A DNA stretch of 63,786 nucleotides, filler included, from Catajapyx aquilonaris (lineage: Eukaryota): NCBI GenBank assembly GCA_000934665.2. It is 3 parts of 3 records of this genome, joined end to end, with 100 filler letters (N's around TTAATTAATTAA, not from the genome) between each part and the next. Parts side by side here need not be neighbours in the genome. Positions count along the whole stretch, not along the records: positions 1 to 21,193 come from JYFJ02006114.1; positions 21,294 to 42,482 come from JYFJ02006115.1; 1 more part is not named here. One strand, written 5' to 3'. Below are positions 13,101-24,242 of this stretch, in pieces. The notes under the pieces were generated by a model. That model was not told the origin of the DNA. It made no database searches and saw only the letters and a list, made by a program, of their open reading frames with translations. Numbering within the stretch: the stretch's first letter is position 1; each line of letters begins with the position of its first letter. Made by a program: the position numbers and the translations under genes.

Positions 13101-16100
13101 GGTGTCATCAAGCAAAGTCCCACTGGAGTCAACAAATTCCGCCAGCCATTACTTTCAACTGTACGTCATAGGTTAGCTCCTGGAGTCGCGCAAGGGGAAA
13201 GTATTCCCCGGGGTGCGCAGTCTGAATTACGCCATCCTGTTCCAGCCGAAGCCGCTGTTGCAGCTGCTAAGGTAATATACACTTCTATACACTTCTAGTA
13301 CTACTGGATGTAGAGGAAAGAGGGGGGGGGGGAGGAAGGAGGTGTGTGTGTGAAGGAATTTAAGTAGACCTACCTATTGGAGCATGCATGGATCTGGAAA
13401 ATGCAATCTTCTCTCCAGTCAATTTTTATTCTCGATTGTGGGATCCCAGAAAGCAGGGGGCACCAGGTTGGAGGGTTGATGGTGACATTTCTCCATCCAT
13501 CAACCCAGTTCTCTCTGCTTCTCGTGACCCCATGATCGAGAATGGAAATCTATTTGAGAGAAGCTTGCATTTTTCAGATCCATGAAATTTGTTGCAAGGG
13601 AAAAGTCAATGAAGATCTCCCAAGTGCTGTATAATACAGGATCATCAAAAAAGAATGTCCCATTTTTAAGACCCTATAACTCGGAAGTGGTGGTTCCCAA
13701 CCTTTCTTCAGGTCGCAACCCCCGTTTATGATAGTCAAGTAACCTGCGCCCCCTCCCCGAGTGTTAGTAGTTGTTGAAAAAAAACCTTCGTGATGAAATT
13801 TCCTATAAAATTAAATTATTAATTTTTTAAATTTATACAAATTACCGCAGTCTCTCACAGCCCCCCGGGACCTGCTCCTTGGTCCCCTTGGGGGGGGGTC
13901 GCGACCCCCAGGTTGGGAACCACTAGTCTAAAGTTTTGGTATTACCATAGTTTGTTTCGATATGAGCTCCTTGTGTGGCTCGAAAAGTGTAAATATGGTA
14001 ATGTGTGTCTTGCCTAACTCGCTAAGGCATGACTGGCGTTACTGTTGAAATATTTTCCCGTAGGTGATGGAGATGGTGAATCTTTCAACCCTAGGACGGT
14101 GACGTGCAAGATGTTCTTCCTTAAGTGACATGGGCACATTTTGTGACCAAGTCACGTTTTTTATTATAACTAGGGAAATATAGCACATTTGGACTTCATC
14201 TTTGAAACAATCTTGGGTTTATTTCTTCTGCGATGAATGGTATTTAGTTTATAATTTTTGAGCGGATAGTATGATCATAAAAATATCAATTATGCACTGA
14301 TGCCTATTTGGGACAATAATGTGCATGTGTCATCTAGGCCCAACCAGTTTCCTTTGGAATGCCCAAAACCAGAGATGGCTTCATGAATCACTAAGCTTTT
14401 CAGAGGGGGGACCTTAGCTTATCAGTGATATTACGAGCGGAATAATTGGCAATTAACGTATGTATCCCTGGAGATACACTGCCAAATCAGGGATATCCAA
14501 AGAGTTCTGCCCCATATATCCAGGGTGGTCAGTAAATGGCACACAAGCTTCAGGTAGCGAGATTCCTTGTGAAAAACCAGTACATGGAAGTGAAGGTCAT
14601 ATTGCTCTACGATGCCATGATAGGGCTCACGAGGCCTCCAAAGTTTGGGCCAAATCATGACGTCACATCCGCCCGCGAAATTCAAACACTACCGTATCGC
14701 TACCGTATGCGGCATTTTGCCATGTTGACATATACCACATGTTCACCAAACAATGGAACCGAATAAACTTGCCGGGACGTTGCCAGGAACTCGACGACGA
14801 TGCGGCGGTATGGCAATGCCTGGCAACGTCCCAGTCAGTTTATACCAAAGAGTTCTGCTATATTATATATACACCTAGAGGAGGCACTCGGCCTGAAATG
14901 TGAGGCAGGCAACAATGCAGGCAACAATATGACCTCCAACAAGATGGCGGACGCCTGACATTATTGAACTAATTGTCGCCCAGTTGTCATTATTGGTTGT
15001 TGTCCCAGTTGCTAAACAACCGTTAGAACAACAATATGACCTCCAACAAGATGGCGGCTGCCTCAGCCTGACTAATGGAAAAGGATAGGGAGTACCTCCT
15101 CTAGGTATTATATTATATAATAGCAGAACTCTTTGGTTTATACGGTTCCCTTGTTTGGTGAACATGTGGGGGATGTCAACATGGCAACGCCTAGCAACAC
15201 GCCCCGTACGGTAGCGATTCGGTAGTGTTTGAATTTCGCGGGTGGATGTGACGTCATGATTTGGCCAAAACTTTGGAGGCCTCGTGAGCCCTAACCAGGC
15301 CTCGTAGAGCAATATGACCTTCACTGTGTCCCCTCCCCAACCATCCCTATGCCTACCCTATATCCCTAACTATTCCTTGCACGGTGATCGAAGAAAAGTA
15401 GAAAAATTATTCTATATGGTGGTAATCCACTCCCCTATAAACCCTAATCTGGTTATCTCGGGGTAATAGAAAGAAAGAAGGGGGAAAAAAATGCTCAAAA
15501 AATGTAAACTAAACGCTATTTGTTGTAGAAGGAATCACACTATGATTGTCTCAAAGGTGAAGCCCGAATGTGCTATATTTCGCCAGATTTAACAAAAAAG
15601 ATGGCTTGGTCACAAAAAGTGCCCACGTCACCGTCCGAGGGTTAAGGCCAAAGGTGTCAGGAGCTACTAAACGTATTGATGCAGATCATTTGTACATCAT
15701 GCTCTTGGACTAGTGTCCCCCAAGTGACAAAGCAAGCGAATTTTTTGCAGAACCTTGCAATAACCCCAAAAACCAGTCTAATTAGGGTTCATATCTCTGC
15801 CCTGGCTGACGTCACCCGCAACAACAATGGGCAACAACGGATAATAAAATCGATTATATATCGAAAACTGGGAATGTGCGATGGCTGAGATGGTAACGTC
15901 TCGGCTTGCTGAGTGAAAGGTCCTTGGTTCGATCCCCACCTGGGAGTTCCCTATCACCTGGGTCGGGAGGGTCTCTGACCTGCACCAAGGAGGTGTCTGT
16001 CTACCTAGCCCCCTGGGGAACAACACATGACCCCTTTTCAGACATTGCTCTTGCACCCATGAAATTTACAGTCGATTTTCACCTCAAACTATTTATTTAT

Positions 16101-18139
16101 TTATTTATTTATTTTTATTTTTTCCTACCCCTTGCTCAGGGCTATGGCCCTGTTTTGGGGGGGACACATTTCCAGTTTCCACATTACAAAATTTCTTATA
16201 TCTCCAATTCGCTCTTCTCAATTTCACTCTTAATTTATACATTAACAACACTGACCTTTTGTTCACTTGTAGTAAAAAAAGAGAAAAAGAAAATAAAGAA
16301 GAAAAAGGACAGGAAATTTGAGTATTGGTGGACATCTCATATTTTCGCCACAAACTATATTGGCTGCTTGGATTACTGAGCCTCGGCAAAGACTTCTTCG
16401 CTCGTCAAATCGCTCACATGTAAATGCCCCTTTACGATACGATAAATGCAGTTGAAATCAAGCTAAAAATTATGTACATGTTTCATTGTTGTATTATTTA
16501 TATTTGGGCATTTCCATGATGCATCCGTTCATTCGTAACACAAGTTTTGCCTACATGCACAAGTGTATTTTATTATAACAATGCCAGGATGCATGCACTG
16601 CATGCTTAATCCATTTCATGCAATGTGTGTGTATTGTTACAATAAAATACGCTAGTACATGTCGGCAAAACCTGCGTTACGAACGGACAGTATGATCTGT
16701 GTTTGCGTGGAAATGCCCATTTGGCAGTTGGCACACAATATTTTCCTCAAACGTTTTACTGCATCTACAGAGACAAATGGTGTAATTTTAAAGGGTAAAA
16801 GGTGATGTCATCCCAACCTGGACCCCCCTCCCCCTTCTGTCATCTTGGGTCATCAGGTAACAAACCCCCTCCCCCCTCTTGAGGATGATGTAATATGTGT
16901 ACGGCCCCTTTGGGGCTTACTGAAGGGCCTCACATGCAGGATTAAGCCCAGAACAATTATTGATGCCCTCTAGCCCCGATACGGTGGGAGTTTGCTGCCA
17001 TTATAATGTCACATGAGCACATATACTGTATGCCAATATCCAGACTCACAAACAAAAGTGCTTGGATGCTGGAGAGGACCATTTTCGGTATATATTTTCT
17101 AGGCAGACCTTGTTTGTCAACATACAAAGTAAGTGCATGTCAATTTTCATTGGGAATCATACAATAGTTAAAAAGTTATTGAGGAATGATTAATTTCCTT
17201 TTGAGAGAATCACCCTGTATTTCAGCCAGTAAGAATGGGAGATTCTTAATGTATCCAGCCTGGAATAAATAATCCTGGAATAGGAGATTCATTTGTTTTT
17301 ATCCCCTCTTATTGCAGCTCCTAGATGCACGTGCTCGTCATTTTCTCCAGCGTGGAGTCCCACCTCATCTGGTTCGTTCTGCCATGGCCCAGTTGCAACG
17401 AGAACAGCAGAGAGAACTCATGGAAACATCTCACATACCTGGCCATGCCAGCAACACTGAATCACTTGATCAAACTTTACCTCAATCTGCATCCGTGGCA
17501 CTCCCAGCTGGTTTGTGAATCATTGTAATATGTGGCCCAATGTTGTAGAGGGAATAAGAATGGATGGATTATTTTGTTAATATAATCCATTTGAAGAATT
17601 GCATTAGAAATTTATCTTCGTTTCTTCTTAGATTCTTCTAGTTCTACCATTTCAACTGCTACTCCAACCACTGCGCAAGACAACCCTGTCCTGGTCCAAC
17701 AGCTGGGAACAAACTCTGTACTGAATGAGTGCCCTGAAGCCACCAGTTCCCCACAAGGGCAGGCTGTTGTAGTAATGCCACAAGCAATCAGAGTCCCTGT
17801 GCAGACTTTAGCTGTGCCAGTCGTCAGTTCTGAAAGCAGGCTTTGTAACCCGAATGGCCAAGCCACATCAACCACTACACCACATGTGCAAGGTATGAAA
17901 ATTGTCACTGGACATGCAACTTACATGTTTGACATTGTCTATAAATTCAGGAGGTGACCATGTACATAAGGAAACCAGGGAAGACCATGTAGTGAGGGAG
18001 GCTGTGTCACAGTCCGCTGCTTCACATGCACAAGAAATTGCTGAGATTCCTTCTGAGATAGAGCAGTCAACTGATGGGGGTGTGGAAGCAGAGGCAGCTG
18101 AGCTAGCTGACTTAACAGTTGATGACGACGAATTATTAG
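1186..18139 (+). CDS. KMT2C: Histone-lysine N-methyltransferase 2C/2D (MLL3/4-like), internal exons only
   Basis: Phase-consistent GT-AG exons 1186-1385, 1442-1566, 1633-1765, 8193-8293, 11041-11797, 13024-13271, 17318-17510, 17632-17892, 17951-18139. Exons 1-2 encode NQRSILKWEADESLGANATISAVLYANLNCPDLKREYPTWSERVKQIAKIWRSLPPDKRAPYLQKARENRAASRIQKVQ, the KMT2C/D HMG-box region; later ARQQLRDLLQRQQ (LxxLL) and DDDELLG. The 5' PHD exons and 3' FYR/SET exons were not found in the window. Confidence 0.88.
3922..4225. mobile_element. MITE (possibly PIF/Harbinger-like)
   Basis: 25-bp TIRs AGGTGAATTCGTTTATGGCTGAGTG / CACTCAGCCATAAACGAATTCACCT; internal ATAAACGAATGCAG repeats. Confidence 0.75.
4712..5482 (-). 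mobile_element. Internally deleted pogo/Tigger-type (Tc1/mariner) element
   Basis: TA-flanked TIRs CAGTCAAATCCCTCTATAACGAA / TTCGTTATAGAGGGATTCGACTG; minus-strand peptide MAPKRKSLNVEEKRQILKK...KKGDIAKQYNI resembles the CENP-B/pipsqueak-type HTH at the start of pogo transposases and is truncated against the TIR. Confidence 0.85.
5546..6295. mobile_element. Second Sola-like non-autonomous element nested in 3705-6393
   Basis: TIRs GAGGAGCTTGCCAGCAAATCCAGATAAATCC / GGATTTATCTGGATTTGCTAGCAAGCTCCTC; ATAT TSD. Confidence 0.8.
6504..6840 (+). mobile_element. tRNA-derived SINE, family B
   Basis: GGGGAGGCGAAGTGGTGTTGCGGTAACG...GGGTTCGATACC head; tail GGTGCACTAAACCCTA(TTA)n; homologous to 55928-56344. 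Confidence 0.8.
8510..9697. mobile_element. Non-autonomous DNA element with GGACGTCC-type subterminal repeats (CACTA/EnSpm-like, tentative)
   Basis: Imperfect terminal inverted repeats (CC.ACACAACAC...) and clusters of GG(G)ACGTCC/GGGATGTCC motifs at both ends (8525-8712, 9470-9685). Boundaries approximate. Confidence 0.5.
12072..12699. mobile_element. Tigger/pogo-like MITE with a 15-bp tandem array
   Basis: TA-flanked TIRs CAGTAAAACTTCTATAAGTCGAA / TTCGACTTATAGCAGTTTTACTG; (CTTCGACTTAGGGAA)x4+ at 12616-12684; scattered TTCGAGTTA repeats. Confidence 0.85.
13689..13925. mobile_element. hAT (Charlie-like) MITE
   Basis: Termini GTGGTTCCCAACC / GGTTGGGAACCAC with GGTCGCGACCCC subterminal motif; related copy at 22820-23045. 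Confidence 0.65.
14089..15641. mobile_element. piggyBac-like non-autonomous element containing nested fold-back elements
   Basis: TIRs CCCTAGGACGGTGACGTG / CACGTCACCGTCCGAGGG, TTAA on the right and TCAA on the left; internal ~180-bp inverted repeats 14589-14768 / 15136-15325; central element 14844-15137 with ~45-bp TIRs. Confidence 0.7.
15870..16120 (+). mobile_element. tRNA-derived SINE, family C
   Basis: TGGCTGAGATGGTAACGTC...GGTTCGATCCCC head and GGAGGGTCTCTGACCTGCACCAAGGAGGTGTCTG body shared with 56446-56800; (TTTA)n tail. Ends approximate. Confidence 0.75.
16506..16719. mobile_element. Degenerate fold-back MITE
   Basis: GGGCATTTCCA...TTCGTAAC...GTTTTGCC..CATG...GTATTTTATT mirrored by AATAAAATAC...CATGTCGGCAAAAC...GTTACGAA...TGGAAATGCCC. 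Confidence 0.6.
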
Positions 18140-19537
18140 GTAAGAGTTAGGGTATGGAATTTGTGATCAAAACGGAATGGTTTCAGAAGGGAAAAAAACT
18201 TTCATTTACAATTTATCAGTTTTATGATAATAGCAATGAGCTTGAAATGGTGGAAAACTGCAAGCAATTTGTAACAGTTTTATCTTATTGAAATCGAGGA
18301 TGAAGGTAAGTTCTTTAAGAAAATGTTCACACCACATAATCTTCATTTGAAAAAGGGGGGGGGGGGGGAAAAAAACTCCATGACAGGCTTGACCCCATAG
18401 AGGCACACAGGCATCCTTGTCCCAGTGCTCGGTTCCTGGTCTAGACCTTTGGTGCTGTCCCTTGGCCAAAGTTTTACACTTTGTTCTTTGCCTGATCCTT
18501 CAGGGTTTCCAGGTGTTTGCTATGTTGTGAGAAACAGTGATATTAAATAATAAAATATAACATTCTTATAGAAAACAATCCACTTGACAATTTAAAAGTA
18601 TGTCACCTACTTTAGATCTTTTTTACTCTTCAAGTGCAAATGTAGAGCCACCACAAGCTGAATCCTTTCAGGCCTACGGATATCATATGATGCCAGAGCA
18701 TACTTTCCCACAGGGCCTACTACATCATATCGTCGGCATTAAAGAGAAAGGGTGAATTGACAATTTTTGAAAAAATGGCTAAAATCCTAATCTTAAGTTG
18801 ACATCACCCACCACATGTTTTGGTGAAACGGCAGATGTGTAGGTGGAGCAACGTGCCTGGATGAGAAAGTGGTTCCAGCGAGTATCCAAAATCAGTGTAA
18901 GGAGAAAGGGCGACTGTCCCTGATGCTAAGGGACAAATAAAGAGGGATAAAAATAAAGAGAATTTGGGAGTTAAGTTCTCGCTAACTAACAACAGCAGAA
19001 CCGATTTTTTTTTTGTGTAAGTGTAACTGACCTCTCTCTCACACATGCGTGATGTACTTTTCCCCTATTCTTAATGCAGTATTTGAAGAAGTCATTTGCA
19101 TTCGGGAGTCAATTACGCTGTCGTAAAATTTTAAGTGATGTCGTAACAAGCACCAAAAAATGCGGAAAAATGAGGTGCTCCGGATCCGTGATGCTGATTT
19201 TTATATTTAGCTATAACCTTTTGTCAAATAATAATTTTGTCAAAATTTGACTGATCTGAGAACTACTAGAAGTTAGGGGAACCCTAATTTTCACGGTTTT
19301 TATTGTGCCTAGAGGGAATGGTCAACCTCAATCACGACCTTTCTTTTGTGTAGTGAGGGTGGGATCCATTGTCTCCTCTTTCCACCAGAGTTGGAACTTG
19401 AAGAGGTCCGGATTTTTCGTTATCCCCCCCTTAAGGAGAAAGGGCCAATGTCCATTTATTATTTTACGCTTAACCCTTTGTCTCCTGTGGCCTGATTTGG
19501 TTGTATTAAATACAACCAAACAAAATATATTTTTTAA

Positions 19538-20249
19538 CCCTGGAACCGTGCCTTGGGGTCTTTTCGGACCCCACCATATTTTTATTTTTATTAATTATTA
19601 TATAATACTTTTCAATGTATTGACTGTATATTTATTTATTTATTTGGTACCCCCTTGAGTCCTAATGGTCAATGTAGGGGGGGGGGGGNGGGGGGGGGGG
19701 GAGATCTCTTGGGAGATCTCCTCCATTTCTATGCCTTTTTCAATCTCACCGGTGCGGGGACAAGGAAGGGAGGAACAATGGTGCACTGCGTTGTCCTGTG
19801 GTGGGGGCCGTGTGCAGTCCCTCAGGGGCCCAAGCTTAAGACAACCCCCTAGGCGCGGCGGGAAGCCCCCCACCGACACCGCGCCTCCTCCACAGGGAAA
19901 GGAAGGAAGTGGCTGTGGCCTATTTAACGGTACGATTCCGGGATTTCCCTGGGGTGACTTTGGAAAACCACAGAAAACCAAGGTCAGGACCGCCGGCCTC
20001 CGGAACTCTAACCCAGGACCTCCCGATTAGCAGTGGGACACCATATCCACTACACCACTACTGCTTCGGTTCAATGTATTGACTGTATACAATCATTCTT
20101 TGAACAATGCCTAAAAGCCTCGCTAATTCAAAATAAACCCTCACTTCCTGTTATATACTGTAAAAAAATGGCAAAAGTTCATTGTAATGATCATTTTAAT
20201 GCATTTCATTCCTTGGGGTCCAAAAAGACCCCACGGCACGGTTCCACGG
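19538..20249. mobile_element. piggyBac-like MITE interrupted by a SINE
   Basis: TTAA-flanked TIRs CCCTGGAACCGTGCCTTGGGGTCTTTTCGGACCCCA / TGGGGTCCAAAAAGACCCCACGGCACGGTTCCACGG. Confidence 0.8.
19631..20070 (-). mobile_element. tRNA-derived SINE, family A (long variant)
   Basis: Same head and body as 708-942; 19-bp TSD TCAATGTATTGACTGTATA at 19612-19630 and 20071-20089. Confidence 0.9.
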
Positions 20250-20401
20250 TTAAATTCACTGGTATGACCCCGACCGAAATTTCTTTCTCCATAGCCTTAA
20301 GAAATGTTCATAGTTTCTATGTTCATTAGTATTTATGCCGCTCGCGTGATATTTTTAATGGCATGATGTCATAGGCCGAAGGTTTCATTCATTTAGGCCC
20401 C

Positions 20402-20522
20402 TAGTCTAGTGACCCAGGGTAAGCTTGCCCGGGGGCAATCACCATGGCAGCATATTATGTAAAAGGATAGCAGTAAACAACCAGTTACCCCAGGGGGCAA
20501 GCTACCCCGGGTCACCAGACTA
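20402..20522. mobile_element. Small palindromic MITE (TAG...CTA termini)
   Basis: TAGTCTAGTGACCCAGGGTAAGCTTGCCC mirrored by GGGCAAGCTACCCCGGGTCACCAGACTA. Confidence 0.55.
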
Positions 20523-21193
20523 TATACCTTAAAACAACCCAAAACAAACACTTACTGCATGAATTTAAATATGCACAGTTCCCTGCCACATATTTCCCGG
20601 TATATGGACGTGCAGCTGAAAACCATTTAAAAAATCCCGAAATTCTGTGACTTACTTTTCGTCGGGGTGAAAATCAGAACGATCTGTGAAGGGTAGGCAA
20701 TCTCCCCCGCCGCCATTTGGGTCGTAAAAAGTTTCTTGGCCCTTAATTGGCCAGCAGACTGCTAGGAGCTCTGGGCGTTGCCCACTCGCCACCTAAGTCG
20801 CCTTTTTTTGCACGTGGTGGGTCACATAACTTTTTTTTAAACCGGATCTTTAAAAATTTTTAGCAGACACTTCATGTTTTCTTAATTCATCAGAGAGACT
20901 GGGCAACCATATAGAATTATCTTGGATTTTTAAGGTGGGTGTAAGCCGACTTTAAAAAAAATGTAGATGACGCAATAGGATGATGTCACCGTTGTGCATA
21001 CTATATCCTCCTGAGACCTGAGAAGATTTTTTAACGCAATGTCAGTTCCTATTGCATTTTCTGAACATTTTCCCAATAAGAATCGAGAAAAAAAATTTAG
21101 TTTTAAAATATCGACAAAAATAGTGACACACAACCAATGAGAACATTAGGACCCAATTGGTGCTACAAAAGCAGAACGGATGAAAGCTGAAAA

Positions 21194-21293
21194 NNNNNNN
21201 NNNNNNNNNNNNNNNNNNNNNNNNNNNNNNNNNNNNNTTAATTAATTAANNNNNNNNNNNNNNNNNNNNNNNNNNNNNNNNNNNNNNNNNNNN
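21194..21293. other. Assembly gap / contig spacer
   Basis: 100-nt block of Ns with central TTAATTAATTAA (stop codons in all six frames). Confidence 0.97.
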
Positions 21294-21895
21294 TTCTTTG
21301 CACCATTGATAAGAGGACACAAAACTGCGTAACATATGTTTTTTTCATAAAATTCTCATTGAGTGACTCTAGCTTCATTTCCACCTTAATGAAGAACTTT
21401 GTTATTTGTTTGATTCAATACCCTGTGATAGGGCCAGGGGCCCTTTTAGGGGGGGAATGGGAGGTTTCCAAGGGAGGACGCTCTTAAGTAGTTCCTAGTC
21501 ATGTCAGACCCTTTTAATAAGATCTTGTCGATAGTGACAGACTTTGACAATCATGATGTCCTTCGAGTTATTGCCCATAATTTTAATATTTCCATGTAAT
21601 TACTAACCTATACTGATTATAATGATTTTATTTTACTTGTAATTTTTACATCTGACAGCATGACCATGTACAGTACAGTACTGGTATATTTGTATGATTA
21701 TTACATTTATGTCACGTTACAGTAGATGACATGATTTTCCTCTCATTCCCTTGGGATATACCTGATGGGGACATTTTTTCTGGGAACGTAATGTGTCGGG
21801 GGACGAAATTTCATAGAACCCCACCAGACACAGCTTGTGGTGTAAGGGAGCAAGGAGAGAGAATCCGATGGTTTAAATGATGGTTATTATTCTAG

Positions 21896-22154
21896 CCTAT
21901 TTCTGAACTGGAGAAGGAGATGCTGGGAGGGCAGAGGCTTCAAGGACCTTTCACTGCCGAGGAGGTCAACTTCATGCTGGCTCAGCAGAAGATGGAAGAC
22001 CGGTCAGTTTATGATTTCCTGCCTCATTTAAGCAGGCTAATGAGATTTGCTTTTCAGTTTCCCCCTCTTTACGGCTGTTCACCGCGTCTGCACCAACCAG
22101 ATTCCACCAGAGGAGATGATCAATTGCATTCGCAATCACCCAGAGCACATGTAA
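21896..22154 (+). CDS. Gpdh1: Glycerol-3-phosphate dehydrogenase (NAD+), cytosolic; last two core exons
   Basis: Exons 21896-22002 and 22058-22154 splice (CG|gtcagt...ttttcag|T) to [67 protein letters not shown], the characteristic GPD1/Gpdh C-terminus (LQGP...FPLF.AV...NHPEHM). Upstream exons were not found before the gap. Confidence 0.93.
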
Positions 22155-22629
22155 GTAATCAGTGGCTTGAATGATGTCGCAAGATATCAACTGCACGTAA
22201 TTATCAGCATTGCTCTTGGTTACATGTTTTGGTCATGATTTGGGTTTTGGGGTATTATTATTATTCTTGTTATTGCCATTATTATGATTATAATTCCTTT
22301 TTGATTTTGCTAAGTCTTAAGGCATTGTGCAATTAGTACAGGTAAATGGATGAGCCTTGCTGCTCCAGTTAGCTTGCTTGTACATCAGATATATTGGTAG
22401 TATCTATTTGCATGTTATTCCATCCCATGTAGAGCCTTTGTCAGGATAACTTTTAAGTGTAACTGACATGCCAAACATAAATTGTCAGCCAGCCATAATT
22501 TGTCAATGTGCCATGATGGGAACCATGTTTTATCCAGTCATGTACAGTGGTTGTCTTACATTAATACCAAGTCTATTTTTGTTATTGTTACATAGATTGT
22601 TACATTCATAGGTCACTCGTTGCCATGTA

Positions 22630-22789
22630 CAGTGTTGGTCATATATCGAGGCAACTGCCAGCGACATTTTCCGAAGCGGCAGAAGAAGGAATCTTGCTTG
22701 CCCGGCTTGAAGTATCCTTATCTTCGATTCCTTATTCTGCCACTTCGGAAAATGTCGCTGGCAGTTGCCTCGATATATGACCAACACTG
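22630..22789. mobile_element. Near-perfect hairpin MITE (Tc1/mariner-type ends)
   Basis: TA-flanked CAGTG...CACTG; ~64-bp arms with two mismatches around a ~33-nt spacer. Confidence 0.85.
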
Positions 22790-22819
22790 TACCCTTCTGT
22801 GCAGTTATAAAACCTATTT

Positions 22820-23045
22820 CAGTGGTTTCCAACCTTTTACCAACTGCGACCCCCTAAACATGATTCCATAAATGTGCGCCCCCCTTTCCTCCCTCCCCCG
22901 GCCCCACCTACAACTGCCCCCGTTCCATAAAACATACACCCTGTATGGCCGCAAAAATTGTTCAATTGACACAGAAATTTGAAATTTAAAAAAGTTGAAC
23001 CAAGGCTCACTACCCTCCCTGCAACCCCTGGGTTGGAAACTACTG
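22820..23045. mobile_element. hAT (Charlie-like) MITE
   Basis: CAGTGGTTTCCAACC / GGTTGGAAACTACTG termini. Confidence 0.65.
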
Positions 23046-23303
23046 TACTGCCCTATTTTGAATTGCCACTGGTATTTATTGTGCATTATTATTTTTGCAT
23101 CTTTCCCAGTGCTTTGAAGTTCCTCCTTTTGTGCAAGGAATGGGGGTTAATATGTTTCATCTCAGTTGGTGAGAATGGTGTACTTGGCATTTTGATTTAA
23201 CCTGATTGGAAATGTTGGTGCCTTAATTTCTATGATAATTTTAAAATTAAGGTGGAAATTAAGTGAATCATTAGTCAGGAGAATTTCAAGTCTACGTGTT
23301 TAA

Positions 23304-24242
23304 CTCTTTATCTACCGCCATAAGGAATTTCACTCTGGTGAGGTTATATTATATTTCAAACCATTGCCTTGTCATGGGCCATATCCGGATGAGTCAGCCG
23401 TTGTTTTTTCCCTCATGGCCAGCTGCATCAAAGCCAACCTTCAAACCACTGCTGGCTGTTGACAAGTCGCCACGGGGCGACATATTTTGTATTTTTTTAT
23501 TACTAGGGTACTTCCAATGAATCAGCTGTAAAGCCTCAAATGCACTGCCCAGAAATGTTGCGTCCGTGTTTCAAAGTCGTTCACCATCGGCCCAATGAGC
23601 CTCAAGAAATTCATGACGATTCATTACAATTTAGGAAGTAAATCTCCAAATTTAGAAATTACTTAATAAAAGTAATTGCTGGAACCTATATCAAATATGG
23701 CTGCCATGTAATTGGGTTTTTACTAATTAAGTACTTTGTCATGCCTTGTTTTTCACCATAGTGCAATGAAATGATGCCAATAATATTATTAACTTCAACT
23801 CCATTTCATGGGTAATTTTAGTGTATAGGAAGGAAATATTAGGCAATGCTGCATTGAATGGGACACGAGTGCAGTCAACCATAACCCGAACCTCAGCATC
23901 TTTTTTCACGGCTTATTACCGTCTTGTCACTGAACCTAAACATACCAAACTTGCACAATTTACTGTATATAAGAGGACCTGAATCATGCAGGAATAGTTT
24001 TTCACTTCATATGTAAGCATTATTGCACATCCGAGAGCTAGATAATGGCTCAAAATTTGAAAATACTTTTGCACATTTTCACATCAACATTTGATTGACT
24101 TAAAAATATCAAATACTTGTCAGATGAAGCTTATATTGTAACAATTCCGACGACATCTCAAGCATTAACATTGTGACCTTGACACTCGAGATACAGCGAC
24201 TTTTTTGTTATCCTGAATTTCGGGATAGCAGGAGATAAAGGG
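23304..24242. mobile_element. piggyBac-like non-autonomous element
   Basis: TTAA on both sides; imperfect TIRs CTCTTTATCTACCGC / GCAGGAGATAAAGGG. Confidence 0.6.

Noticed and set aside
21238..21249. TTAATTAATTAA as a biological motif
   Set aside because: Embedded in Ns identically at both gaps; an assembly spacer.
21920..22174. 84-aa ORF as a standalone gene
   Set aside because: It reads through a 55-nt intron into the wrong frame; the spliced product is the GPDH C-terminus.
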